A stretch of 64,000 nucleotides of DNA from Candidatus Latescibacterota bacterium (lineage in GTDB: Bacteria > Latescibacterota > UBA2968 > UBA8231). Made by a program: the position numbers and the translations under genes. Positions 21,978-31,651 of the stretch are shown piece after piece. Numbering within the stretch: the first letter of the stretch is position 1; the number at the start of each line of letters is the position of its first letter. The notes under the pieces were generated by a model that did not search any database, was not told the DNA's origin, and saw only the letters and a list, made by a program, of their open reading frames with translations. Location: the NCBI GenBank assembly GCA_964291625.2, contig OZ220089.1, forward strand, positions 4,160,001 through 4,224,000. Reading direction: 5' to 3'.

Positions 21978-23141
21978 CTAGCCGTCCCCGGCGGGCGCCG
22001 GGTCGATCTGCCGGTGGAAGAGCTTCTCCCCCTCCCGGATGGTCATGATCACCACGCTCTTGGATGGGTGGCGGTTGTCGTCGTACCCGGCGATCCGCGT
22101 GGCGCCCGCGTAGCCCTCTGTGGCCGCCAGCTGGGCCCGGATCGCCTCCGGGTCGAGGCGGCCGGCGCGTTCCACGGCCTGCGCCAGGAGCCGGACGGCG
22201 TCGTAGCTCACGGCGTCGCCGCCGGTGGGCGGGATGCCGTACCGGGAGCGGTAGGCGTCGACGAAGGCGCGGGCCCCCGGCGAGTCCGCATCCGGAGAGA
22301 AGTGGGTGCTGAAGAAGCTGCCCTCCAGCTCTTCGGCTTCACCGGCGAGCAGCTCGGGATGATCCCAGGCATCGGCGCCGAGGAAGCGCACGGGCTCACC
22401 CGCCGGGTCGACCAGCGGCAGGGCCCGGGCCTGCCGCGTCACGAGGGCGATCTCCTCCACGAACCCGGAGACGAAGACGGCTTCCGGCTCCGCCTCGGCC
22501 AGGCGGCCCAGAACCTCCGTGAAGTCGGTCTCCCCGCGGTCGAAGAACACCTCCGCCGCCACCGTCCCGCCGGAACCGCGGAAGCCGGCGACGAAGAACT
22601 CGGAGACGCCTTCGGTGTAGACCTCGCCGCCCATGGTCAGGACCGCCACCCGGTCCAGGCCGAGCTCCTCACGCGCAAAGCGCGCCATGGCGCCCCCCTG
22701 GAAGAGATCGGTGAAGGCCGCCATGAAGATGTAGTCGCCGGCCTTTGTCACGTCCGGGTTCGTGGCGGAGGTCGTGATCATCGGCAGGCCGCGGCGCTGG
22801 GCCGTCTCTCCCACGACCACCGCGTGGGAGGACCGGTTGGGTCCGACGAGGGCGATCACCTCGTGGGCGAGGATCATCTCCTCCGCGGCCTGCACGGAGG
22901 CCTCGGGCTCTTCCATCCCCGACCGGGCGACGAGCTCCACGGTCCGGCCGAGCAGGCCCCCGGCCTCGTTGATCCCGTCCACCGCGATGCCGGCGGCGTC
23001 CACATAGCTGCCGCGGTCTCCCGCGGCGAGGAAGCCGATCCTGACGGTGCTCTCCGGTCCGGCCGCGTCGCGGCCCCGGTCGCAGCCCGGCAGGGCCGCC
23101 GCCGGGAGGAGGAGAGCGGTGATCCACAGCATGGTCTGCAT
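21978..23141 (-). CDS. Branched-chain amino acid-type ABC substrate-binding lipoprotein (LivK/Peripla_BP_6)
   Basis: Lipobox LPGC, INEAGGLLGRTVELV, TSATNPDVT, SYDAVRLLAQAVERAG. Confidence 0.9.
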   Translation of the reverse strand: MQTMLWITALLLPAAALPGCDRGRDAAGPESTVRIGFLAAGDRGSYVDAAGIAVDGINEAGGLLGRTVELVARSGMEEPEASVQAAEEMILAHEVIALVGPNRSSHAVVVGETAQRRGLPMITTSATNPDVTKAGDYIFMAAFTDLFQGGAMARFAREELGLDRVAVLTMGGEVYTEGVSEFFVAGFRGSGGTVAAEVFFDRGETDFTEVLGRLAEAEPEAVFVSGFVEEIALVTRQARALPLVDPAGEPVRFLGADAWDHPELLAGEAEELEGSFFSTHFSPDADSPGARAFVDAYRSRYGIPPTGGDAVSYDAVRLLAQAVERAGRLDPEAIRAQLAATEGYAGATRIAGYDDNRHPSKSVVIMTIREGEKLFHRQIDPAPAGDG

Positions 23142-23282
23142 CCGGATCCTCCTGAAGGTGATCGAAAGATACGGCGGCGCCGGGGTTCCCGGTGCGCCGG
23201 CGATCCTTGACCACCGCAGGGGCAGCCCCTTTCGTGGTACGATGGTTGCTCGCCCCGCTCCATCCTTCCCCTGGAGGCCCAG

Positions 23283-25019
23283 ATGACCCCCGGCCATCGC
23301 AAGTTCCTCATCTTCGCCGCCGCCCTGGTCGTGTCCTGGATCGTGGGCGTCAACGTGCCGGCCACCTGGATGGTGGAGCAGGTGGCCCTGGACGCCAAGA
23401 CCGACGCCGACGGCCGGCTCTACTACATCTTCAAGAAGCAGCCCGCCTACTTCGAGGCCGTCCCCCTCGAACAGGCCGTGCTCAACCCCGCCCGCGTCGA
23501 CGGCTCGAGGGAGGAGCCCGCGGTCAGGGAGGAGTTCGTCTCCGTCGAGACGCTGGTGGATGGCGAGGCCCGGACCCTCTACTACCAGCACCTGGCCAAG
23601 CACCACTGGGGCTTCTGGTCCCTGCTGCCGGCGGTGGTCGCCGTGCTCCTCTGCTGGCTCACCCGGGAGCCGGTCCCCTCCCTGCTGGGGGGCATCGTCG
23701 CCGGCGCCCTGCTGCTGACCCGCTACGACTTCACCGGGGACGTGCTCATCCCCTCCCTGGCCTCGACCAACGCCGCCGGGGTCCTGCTGCTCTACCTGTG
23801 GCTGCTGGGCGGCCTCATGGGCATCTGGTCGCGCACCGGCGCGGCCCAGGCCTTCGCCGAGTTCATGACCGTGCGCTTCGTCCGCGGCCCCCGCAGCGCC
23901 AAGCTCGTGTCGTGGATGCTCGGCGTCGTCTTCTTCCAGGGCGGAACCGTGAGCACCGTCCTCGTGGGCACCACGGTCAAGCCGATCGCCGACAAGGAGA
24001 AGGTCAGCCACGAGGAGCTGGCCTACATCGTCGACTCCACCGCCTCTCCCATCGCCTCCCAGCTCGCCTTCAACGCCTGGCCCGGGTACATCCAGGCTTT
24101 CATCTTCGTCTCCGGCGTCAGCTTCCTGGCCACCGAGAGCGACCGGCTCGGCTTCTTCTTCCAGAGCGTTCCCTTCTGCTTCTACGCCATCTTCGCGGTC
24201 CTGGGGACCTTCCTCCTCAGCATCGAGAAGCCCTACTTCCTCGGCGGGCGGCTCAGGGCCGCCATGGAGCGCTCCCGGCAGACCGGCCAGCTGGACGCCG
24301 AGGGCGCCGCCCCCCTGAGCGCCAAGGAGCTGCAGGGGAGCAACGTTCCCGAGGGCTACAAGCCGCACATCCTCGAGTTCTTCCTGCCCCTGGGCTCGCT
24401 CATCGCCATCGCCGTGGGCACCTTCATCGCCTCGGGATCCCCCAACGTGCAGTGGGCCTTCGGCTTCGCCCTGCTGCTGGCCGCAAGCATGGCCCTGGCC
24501 AAGGGCATGTCGCTCAAGGACCTGGTCGCCGGTTTCCACGACGGCCTCAAGGGCGTCGTCCTCGGCTCGGTGATCCTGCTGCTGGCCATCACCATCGGCG
24601 GCATCAGCAAGGAGACGGGCGGCGGCGTCTTCCTCGTCGAGCAGCTCGGAGAGGCGATCCCCTACTTCCTCCTGCCCGTCCTGCTGCAGGTCATCACGAT
24701 CGTCATCGCCTTCTCCACGGGCACCAGCTGGGGCACCTACGCCGTCGCCTTCCCCCTGGCCATGCCGCTGGCCTGGGCGGTGGCCGGCGCCCACGGCCTG
24801 GCCCACCCCGAGCTGTTCATGACCCTCTGCTTCGCCGCGGTCATGGACGGCAGCGTCTACGGCGACCAGTGCTCACCGATCTCCGACACCACCGTGCTCA
24901 GCTCGATGTGCACGGGCTGCGACCTGATGGACCACGTCAAGACGCAGATCCCCCAGGCCTCGATGGCCGCCGCCCTCGCGGCCGTCTGCTGGACCGTGGT
25001 CGCCTTCTTCACCGCCTGA
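23283..25019 (+). CDS. Na+/H+ antiporter NhaC family membrane protein
   Basis: ELAYIVDSTASP, FSTGTSWGT, GDQCSPISDTTVLSSM, DHVKTQIP. Confidence 0.9.
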   Translation: MTPGHRKFLIFAAALVVSWIVGVNVPATWMVEQVALDAKTDADGRLYYIFKKQPAYFEAVPLEQAVLNPARVDGSREEPAVREEFVSVETLVDGEARTLYYQHLAKHHWGFWSLLPAVVAVLLCWLTREPVPSLLGGIVAGALLLTRYDFTGDVLIPSLASTNAAGVLLLYLWLLGGLMGIWSRTGAAQAFAEFMTVRFVRGPRSAKLVSWMLGVVFFQGGTVSTVLVGTTVKPIADKEKVSHEELAYIVDSTASPIASQLAFNAWPGYIQAFIFVSGVSFLATESDRLGFFFQSVPFCFYAIFAVLGTFLLSIEKPYFLGGRLRAAMERSRQTGQLDAEGAAPLSAKELQGSNVPEGYKPHILEFFLPLGSLIAIAVGTFIASGSPNVQWAFGFALLLAASMALAKGMSLKDLVAGFHDGLKGVVLGSVILLLAITIGGISKETGGGVFLVEQLGEAIPYFLLPVLLQVITIVIAFSTGTSWGTYAVAFPLAMPLAWAVAGAHGLAHPELFMTLCFAAVMDGSVYGDQCSPISDTTVLSSMCTGCDLMDHVKTQIPQASMAAALAAVCWTVVAFFTA

Positions 25020-25041
25020 CCGCGGCGACCATCGGCCGTCC

Positions 25042-25476
25042 ATGAGCCAGGGCCTGGATCTCGAGCGGCCGGCGGGGGAGTACGATGTCCTGGCGCCGGA
25101 CGGCTCGGAGATCCGGCTGCTGGCCCGCGGCCGCCGCGGCAGCATGGTCCACTGCACCCTGAACCCCGGGCAGGTCTCCCGGCCCGTGGCCCACCGCACC
25201 GTCGAGGAGTTGTGGTACGTCCTGGAGGGAAGGGGGCAGGTGTGGCGCCGCCTCGGCGGGGAGGAGCGGATCGTCGATGTCTCCCCGGGGGCCAGCCTGT
25301 CGATCCCGGTGGGCGCCCACTTCCAGTTCCGGACCGTGGGCGACCGGCCGCTGCGGATCGCCATCGTCACCATGCCGCCCTGGCCGGGGGAGGAGGAGGC
25401 CTGTGGCGTGGAGGGGTGCTGGCCCGTGGGTGGGTCCGGTCCGGCCGGGGCGGGTTCGGCGAGCCCTGGCGGGTAG
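25042..25476 (+). CDS. Cupin domain protein (mannose-6-phosphate isomerase-like cupin)
   Basis: APDGSEIRLL, HRTVEELWYVLEGRG, IPVGAHFQFR. Confidence 0.88.
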   Translation: MSQGLDLERPAGEYDVLAPDGSEIRLLARGRRGSMVHCTLNPGQVSRPVAHRTVEELWYVLEGRGQVWRRLGGEERIVDVSPGASLSIPVGAHFQFRTVGDRPLRIAIVTMPPWPGEEEACGVEGCWPVGGSGPAGAGSASPGG

Positions 25477-25566
25477 GTCATCTTCGGCGCCGGCCAGGTA
25501 GATCTCCTGGCGCGTCAGCGCCAGCCAGGGCCCGGGAGGTCGCGGCCCGGGGGTTTCGGCTCTCCT

Positions 25567-26334
25567 ATGGATCAAGCGTTCGAGCAGTACGAGCGGGACG
25601 GCTACTGCATCGCGGACGAGCAGGTCGCGCCGGACGGTGTGCTGGAGAAGGCGCTTCGGGGGATGGCCGCGGTGCGCGACGGGTCGTTCGACACGGGGCT
25701 GCCGCCGACCGCCCATCCCGGGTATGATCCGGCGGTGTTGTGCAAGATCGACAATCCCCACCGGTCGGATACGGGGCTGCATGGACTGGTGACCTGCCCG
25801 CAGGTGGGACGCAAGGTCGCGGCGATGACGGGCTCGCGGCGGGTCCAGGTGTGGGCGAGCCAGTTGCTGATCAAGCCGCCGGGGTCAGAGGCCGCGGGGA
25901 ATGTCGGCTGGCACCAGGACCGGCAGTACTGGCGCATATGGCAGGCGGACGAGGGGCTGTTCACGGCGTGGATCGCCCTGTGCGACGTGGGACCGGAGGC
26001 GGGACCGATGCTCTTCGTGTGCGGGTCCCACCGCTGGGGGTTCCTGGACCGGGGGAACTTCTTCGGCAAGGACCAGCACAAGCTGCGGGAGGAGATCGCC
26101 GTGCCCGCGGGCGAGACCTGGGAGGAGGTGCCGGCCCTGATGCCCATGGGCGGGCTCAGCGTCCACCACTGTCTGACCTACCACGGCTCCAACGCCAATC
26201 TCTCGGACTCGGCGCGCTGGAGCCTGGCCGTGCACCTGCGCGACGAGCGCGCCGTGCCGGTGCCCGGCGACCAGGGCTACTACACCGCGCACCTGGACGA
26301 CCCCCGGATCTGCCCGGTGATGTACGAAGCCTGA
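25567..26334 (+). CDS. PhyH-family dioxygenase
   Basis: WHQD, GSHRWG, HHCLTYHGSNAN. Confidence 0.92.
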   Translation: MDQAFEQYERDGYCIADEQVAPDGVLEKALRGMAAVRDGSFDTGLPPTAHPGYDPAVLCKIDNPHRSDTGLHGLVTCPQVGRKVAAMTGSRRVQVWASQLLIKPPGSEAAGNVGWHQDRQYWRIWQADEGLFTAWIALCDVGPEAGPMLFVCGSHRWGFLDRGNFFGKDQHKLREEIAVPAGETWEEVPALMPMGGLSVHHCLTYHGSNANLSDSARWSLAVHLRDERAVPVPGDQGYYTAHLDDPRICPVMYEA

Positions 26335-26377
26335 GCCGCCATCGGGGGACCCGTCCGAGGCTCCCCGACCCGGAATC

Positions 26378-27202
26378 CTAGCCCGTCCCCAGAAGCAGGT
26401 AGTCGATCGGCTCTTCGGTGAAGACGGCGTTGTGGTCCAGGGCGCAGTCCGGGAAGGCGGACTCGCAGCCCCGGGCGAAGGTCACGGTGCGGCTGCGGTG
26501 GAACCAGCGGATGTTGTGGATCATGGCGATCATGTGGCGCGGGCGGTCGGACCGGTTGGGCACGCCGCGGTGCCAGAGCCGCATGTCCCGCATCAGGACG
26601 CTGCCCTTGCGGGCGTTGCCGCGCACCGGCGGCACCACGGCCCGGCGGGCGGCTTCGGTCTCGGCGTCGGGGACGGACCCCACGTCCGTTATCAGATGCG
26701 TGCCGGGCCACAGCTCGACACTGCCGTTCTCCTCGCTCACGTCATGGGGCGAGACGTTGACCACCACCTGCGCCGCCGGGTGAGCCTGCTCGAGCCCGGG
26801 CCAGAGGTGATCGGAATCGCGGTGCAGCGGCTGGGTGCCGCTTCCGGGACAGTTGCTGTTGCCATTGTAGAAGTTGTTGAAGAAACCGTCGCCGAGCAGG
26901 GCGTGGCTGACCTGGATCACGAAGGGATTGGCCACGATGTCGCGGTGGACGAAGGGCGCGAAGGGCGGCGCCCCCTGCTGCAGGTGTCCGGGGAGCCCCC
27001 CGGCGCCGCCCCACCGTTCGGCGGCGATGAGCCGCTGGGAGTCCTGGTCCATCCGTTCCCGCAGTTGGTCCAGATGGTCGTGGGCGATGATCTCCTCGAG
27101 GACCACGTATCCGTCGTTCCGGATCGCGGCCACCGCCCGGTCCAGGTGCGCCGCCGACAGGGCTTCCGCCGAGCGTTCCCGGGCGCTGAGCGTTATCTCC
27201 AT
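26378..27202 (-). CDS. PhyH-family dioxygenase
   Basis: QPLHRD, NGSVELWPGTH, RLWHRGVPNRSDRPR. Confidence 0.92.
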   Translation of the reverse strand: MEITLSARERSAEALSAAHLDRAVAAIRNDGYVVLEEIIAHDHLDQLRERMDQDSQRLIAAERWGGAGGLPGHLQQGAPPFAPFVHRDIVANPFVIQVSHALLGDGFFNNFYNGNSNCPGSGTQPLHRDSDHLWPGLEQAHPAAQVVVNVSPHDVSEENGSVELWPGTHLITDVGSVPDAETEAARRAVVPPVRGNARKGSVLMRDMRLWHRGVPNRSDRPRHMIAMIHNIRWFHRSRTVTFARGCESAFPDCALDHNAVFTEEPIDYLLLGTG

Positions 27203-27218
27203 GAGTGCCTGACTCCTT

Positions 27219-28211
27219 TCAGTCCAGCGGGTAGCTGACGGTACGCCCCTCGCGATGGGCGCGGTAGGCGCCCTCCATCAGCTCGGTGAGTTGAATGCCC
27301 TCGGTGAGGCCGTAGTCGATGGGGCCGCCGCCGGCGATGGCGTCGATCCACTGCGTGACCGGATGCACCAGCGGCTCCTGCAGGCTCTCCGGCTCCACCC
27401 AGTCGTCGCTGCCAGACCACTTCGGGGCCTGAACGCGCGTCTTCCCATCCGGCCCGCCGGTGACGTAGTTGCCCTCGGTCCCGTTGATCTCCAGGTAGAA
27501 CACCCCTCCATGCTGCACGAAGCTGGTCTCGTTGATGGCGATCCCCTGATTCGCGAAGGTGATCACCGACAGGGTATTGTCCTCCACGGCACGTCCGGTG
27601 ATGTGGTTGAAGGTTGAAGCGATCTGCCGGGGCTCGCCCAGCAGCCAGCGCGCGATGTACATGCCGTGGGCCCCCAGGTCGATCATCGCTCCGCCGCCGC
27701 AGGCGACGGGATCGTAGAAGTGCGGCGGCAGCCAGCCGGCCACGGAGCCGCCGTGGGCGACCCGGATGCGTAGCAGGGTGACCTGTCCCAGGTGCCCGCC
27801 CGCAATCAGCTGTCCGGCGAGCTGGACCTCGGGCAGCCCCCGCCGCGGGAAGGAGATGCAGAACTCGACGCCCGCCCGGGTCACCGCGTCGGCGATGGCC
27901 CGGCACTCCCGGACCGTGGCGGCCATGACCTTCTCGGTGAAGATGTGCTTGCCGGCCCGGGCGGCTCTGATCATCACCTCGGGATGCATGTTGGTCGGCG
28001 CGTCGACGGCCACCGCGTCGATGTCGTCCCGCGCCAGCAGGCGGTCCAGGTCGGCCTCGAAGTCGACCCCCAGCTCGCCGGCCCAACTCCGGCCGCGTTC
28101 GGGCTCCTCATCCCAGACGGCGACCACCTCCGCCCGCTCCTCGTCGTTGATGCGCGAGGCATACTCGTCGGCATGGACATGCCAGCGGCTCAACATGGCT
28201 ACCCTGACCAT
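27219..28211 (-). CDS. Gfo/Idh/MocA family oxidoreductase
   Basis: AGKHIFTEK, GGGAMIDLGAH. The start at MVRVAMLS follows the RBS GAAGGAGG. Confidence 0.93.
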   Translation of the reverse strand: MVRVAMLSRWHVHADEYASRINDEERAEVVAVWDEEPERGRSWAGELGVDFEADLDRLLARDDIDAVAVDAPTNMHPEVMIRAARAGKHIFTEKVMAATVRECRAIADAVTRAGVEFCISFPRRGLPEVQLAGQLIAGGHLGQVTLLRIRVAHGGSVAGWLPPHFYDPVACGGGAMIDLGAHGMYIARWLLGEPRQIASTFNHITGRAVEDNTLSVITFANQGIAINETSFVQHGGVFYLEINGTEGNYVTGGPDGKTRVQAPKWSGSDDWVEPESLQEPLVHPVTQWIDAIAGGGPIDYGLTEGIQLTELMEGAYRAHREGRTVSYPLD

Positions 28212-28307
28212 TCGCCCTCCTTCGGGGTGTCGATGATGATTGCAGCCGTGCATTATACTCTCGCCCCCCAACCTGGACCATGATCACCGCCGATGGAGAG
28301 GACAGGC

Positions 28308-29609
28308 ATGCCCACCGACCTCGCGCAACACATCGAAGAGACGCCCCTGTGCGACACCCACGAGCACCTGCGCAGGGAACCCGACTGGGTCGACGACGGC
28401 CCGGACATCCTCCGCGATCTGTTCGAGAACTACGTGCCCGCCGACCTGCACTGCGCCGGGGCCCCGGAGGAAGCGATGGCCCGGCTCATGGACGCGTCGG
28501 ACCCGGACGTGGAAGGCCGCTTCGAGGGCATCCGGCCGGCCTGGGAGGCGGCGCAGTTCACCGGATACGGCGAGGCCGTGCGCCTCATCGCCAGCGAGAT
28601 CTACGGCCTGCCGGAGCTGACCGGTGCCCGTCTGGCCGGCGCCCAGGAGACCCTGAACGGGCTTCGCCGGCCGGGTCAGCGTCTCCATCTGCTGCGCGAC
28701 CGCGCCAACCTCGACCACGTGCAGGTGGACGACTTCCGCTGGGTCAGCGAGCCCGACGCCTCCGGGCCGGAGTTCTTCCTCTACGACCTGTCGTGGGCGA
28801 ACTTCTGCTCGGGGACGATCGACTTCGGGGCCGTTGCGGCCGAGACCGGGGTGACGGTGACGGACCTGGCGTCACTGCGGCAGGGGATGGAGGGCCTCTT
28901 CGAGAAGCACGGTCCCTGCGCCATCGCGGTGAAGGCCCAGCACGCCTACAACCGGACCCTGCTGTGGGAGGAGCGCAGCGACGCCGACGCCGCCCGGGCC
29001 CTGGAGGCGGCCCTGAAGCCGGACCCGGAGGGGCTGGATGAGGGCACCCGCCTCTGCCTGGGCGACTGGTGCTGGGCCCGCGGCGTGGAGCTGGCCATCG
29101 AGCACGACCTGCCCTTCAAGCTGCACACCGGCTACTACGCGGGCAGCGACCGGATGCCGGTGGACCGGATCCCGGCGGGCAACCTGTGCCGCCTGCTGGC
29201 GAAGTACCCCGACGCCCGGTTCGTGCTGATGCACATCGCCTATCCGTACTGCGACGAGCTGGTGGCCCTGGCCAAGCACTACCGCAACGTCTGGGTCGAC
29301 CTGTGCTGGGCCTGGGCGATCGATCCCTTCAGCTCCTGCGATTTCGTGCGCCGCTTCCTGCACGCGGCGCCGGTGAACAAGCTCTTCGGCTTCGGCGGCG
29401 ACACGGGCTGGCCGACGAGCGCCGCGGCGTACGCGATTCAGGCGCGGCGGTGGCTGACGCGGGCCCTGGAGGCGGAGGTGGGGGACGGCCTGCTGACGGA
29501 GGCCCAGGCCATGGGGGTGGCGACCCGCCTCATGCAGCAGAACCAGCGGGACTGCTTCGACCTGGAGGGCACCCGGTCGGCGATCCGCGAGGCGATGGCC
29601 GGGAGCTGA
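28308..29609 (+). CDS. Amidohydrolase superfamily protein (Amidohydro_2 / uronate isomerase-like)
   Basis: DTHEH, KLHTG, LMHIAYP and FGGD metal-ligand pattern. Confidence 0.85.
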   Translation: MPTDLAQHIEETPLCDTHEHLRREPDWVDDGPDILRDLFENYVPADLHCAGAPEEAMARLMDASDPDVEGRFEGIRPAWEAAQFTGYGEAVRLIASEIYGLPELTGARLAGAQETLNGLRRPGQRLHLLRDRANLDHVQVDDFRWVSEPDASGPEFFLYDLSWANFCSGTIDFGAVAAETGVTVTDLASLRQGMEGLFEKHGPCAIAVKAQHAYNRTLLWEERSDADAARALEAALKPDPEGLDEGTRLCLGDWCWARGVELAIEHDLPFKLHTGYYAGSDRMPVDRIPAGNLCRLLAKYPDARFVLMHIAYPYCDELVALAKHYRNVWVDLCWAWAIDPFSSCDFVRRFLHAAPVNKLFGFGGDTGWPTSAAAYAIQARRWLTRALEAEVGDGLLTEAQAMGVATRLMQQNQRDCFDLEGTRSAIREAMAGS

Positions 29610-29611
29610 GA

Positions 29612-30757
29612 ATGAAGATCGTCGACGTCGGGGCGGTCCTGCTGCAGCCGATGCCGTGGGTGCTGGTCAAGGTGCGCACCGACGAGGGGGTCACCGGCAT
29701 CGGCGAGGCCTACCACGGGGCCGGGGTCCACCACATCGCCGTCGACGAGCGCCTCACCCGGCGCGCCCTCATCGGCCAGGACCCGCGCAACGTGGACAGG
29801 CTCTTCCGCGACATGAAGGACTCCATGTCGGCCTCGGGGTACTACCAGGGGGCGGTGATGAGCGCCATCAGCGGCCTCGAGATGGCCCTGTGGGACATCA
29901 CCGGGCAGGCCCTCGGGGTGCCGATCTGGCAACTCCTCGGGGGGGCCTGGCGCGACTCGATCCGCGTCTACAACGACTGCCACGCCGGCGACGAGGACGA
30001 CGATCCCGGGTCCTGGGCGGCCAAGGCGAAGGCGGTGGAGGCCCGCGGCTTCGACGCCCTCAAGTTCGACATCGACCCTCGCCCGGACCGGCGCGACCGC
30101 TACAACCGCACCATGAGCAACCGCGACATCGCCTTCCACGTCGAGGTGGTCACCGCCATCCGCGAGGCCCTCCACCCGAACACGGACCTGCTCATTGACG
30201 CCCACTGGGCCTACGCCCCCCACGACATCCTCAAGGTCGCCTACGCCTTCGAGAAGCTGGACCTGATGTGGCTGGAAGACCCGGTTCCCGCGGAGAACGT
30301 GGCCGCCCTGAAGGAGGTCAAGGCGGCGACGCGGGTTCCGATCTGCACGGGGGAGAACCTCTACACCCGGCACGGGTTCCGGGAGCTGGTGGAGACCCAG
30401 GCGACGGACATCATCTCCCCCGACCTCGCCAAGGCGGGGGGCCTGTCGGAGGGGCGGCGCATCGCCGATCTGGCCGACATCTACTACATGCCGATCTCGC
30501 CCCACAACATCTGCGGCCCCATCGGCACCATGGCGATGGCCCACGTCTGCGCCGCTTCCCCCAACTTCCAGGTCCTCGAGTTCCACCACCTCGACAACGA
30601 GATCTGGAACAGCCTGACGGTGGAGCGCGACCTGATCGTGGACGGGCACATCCCCCTGCCGCGCGCTCCCGGTCTCGGCGTCAGCCTCGACGAGGAGGCG
30701 GCGCGCCGGGCGGCGCGGGAGGACCTGGGGTTCTTCGACGGGGAGGGCGGCGGCTAG
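29612..30757 (+). CDS. Enolase-superfamily dehydratase (galactonate/gluconate dehydratase-like)
   Basis: VKVRTDEGVTGIGE, AISGLEMALWDITG, KxD (LKFD), IDAH/LEDP/TGEN, SPHN. Confidence 0.92.
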   Translation: MKIVDVGAVLLQPMPWVLVKVRTDEGVTGIGEAYHGAGVHHIAVDERLTRRALIGQDPRNVDRLFRDMKDSMSASGYYQGAVMSAISGLEMALWDITGQALGVPIWQLLGGAWRDSIRVYNDCHAGDEDDDPGSWAAKAKAVEARGFDALKFDIDPRPDRRDRYNRTMSNRDIAFHVEVVTAIREALHPNTDLLIDAHWAYAPHDILKVAYAFEKLDLMWLEDPVPAENVAALKEVKAATRVPICTGENLYTRHGFRELVETQATDIISPDLAKAGGLSEGRRIADLADIYYMPISPHNICGPIGTMAMAHVCAASPNFQVLEFHHLDNEIWNSLTVERDLIVDGHIPLPRAPGLGVSLDEEAARRAAREDLGFFDGEGGG

Positions 30758-30758
30758 G

Positions 30759-31643
30759 CTACCAGGTCCTCTCCTTCAGCAGGTCCTGGATCGCCTCCCT
30801 CGGGACCGGCAGCTCGTCCATGCGGTCTTCCAGCCACTCGGAGAAGTCCGCCTCCATGGCGTCCGTCCACCGGTCGTCGACCTGGCCGGGGGTGTACTTC
30901 CCTTCCCGCAGCCGCTGCTGGCCGAACATGTCCCTGAGCCGGACCAGCTCGGAGGTCTGCACCAAGCTCTCGGCGAGGTGGGGTGGGATGAAGACGACCC
31001 CCTCGCGCTTGCCGAGGACCACGTCCCCCGGCATGACCGTGGCCTGTCCGATGCGGATGATCGTGTTGACGCCGGTGAGCATGATCGTCGGCGAGGCGTA
31101 GGAGGGATGCCAGCCGCGGACGAAGCAGGGGAAGTCGGGCATCTCCTCGATCCCTTCCAGGTCGCGAACCGACCCGTCGAAGACCACGCCGTTGCCGGAG
31201 TTTGCGTAGATCGCCGTCGCCAGGTTGTCGCCGATGATGGGGCCCTGGTCCACCTTGCCGAACATGTCGGCCACGTAGACGTCGCCCGCCACCAGCATGT
31301 CGATGGGCCAGGAGATCTGGTCGCCGATGCAGCCGTGGTCGGCCCCCCTGGCGTCCATGACCGCGCGCACGGCGGGTCTCCGGGGCATGTACATCGCCGT
31401 GAGGGCCCGGCCCACCAGCGTCTGGCCGGGATGCGTCTGCTGCCATCCCCCCTCGTACTGGTGCTGGTACCCCGCGCCGCCCACAACGCCCCAGGCCTGG
31501 GTGATGGTCACGCCCTGCATCCGCTCGAGGATCGCGTCCGGCACCCTCGGGCGGCCGTCGGCAGAGCGCTCGCCGTCCCAGTCCGGCGTGTACTCGACCA
31601 GTTCCTCGGGGGTCAGGTTGAGGGGGCAGAACCTCCCGGACAT
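30759..31643 (-). CDS. RraA family protein / HMG aldolase-like
   Basis: LVGRALTA, GDNLATAI, FDGSVRD, VMPGDVVLGKREGVVFIP. Confidence 0.88.
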   Translation of the reverse strand: MSGRFCPLNLTPEELVEYTPDWDGERSADGRPRVPDAILERMQGVTITQAWGVVGGAGYQHQYEGGWQQTHPGQTLVGRALTAMYMPRRPAVRAVMDARGADHGCIGDQISWPIDMLVAGDVYVADMFGKVDQGPIIGDNLATAIYANSGNGVVFDGSVRDLEGIEEMPDFPCFVRGWHPSYASPTIMLTGVNTIIRIGQATVMPGDVVLGKREGVVFIPPHLAESLVQTSELVRLRDMFGQQRLREGKYTPGQVDDRWTDAMEADFSEWLEDRMDELPVPREAIQDLLKERTW

Positions 31644-31651
31644 CTGGCGGC

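Noticed and set aside
21978-24806. 942-aa ORF as an extended binding protein
   Set aside because: The N-terminal part is antisense to the NhaC gene. The real start with a lipobox is at 23141.
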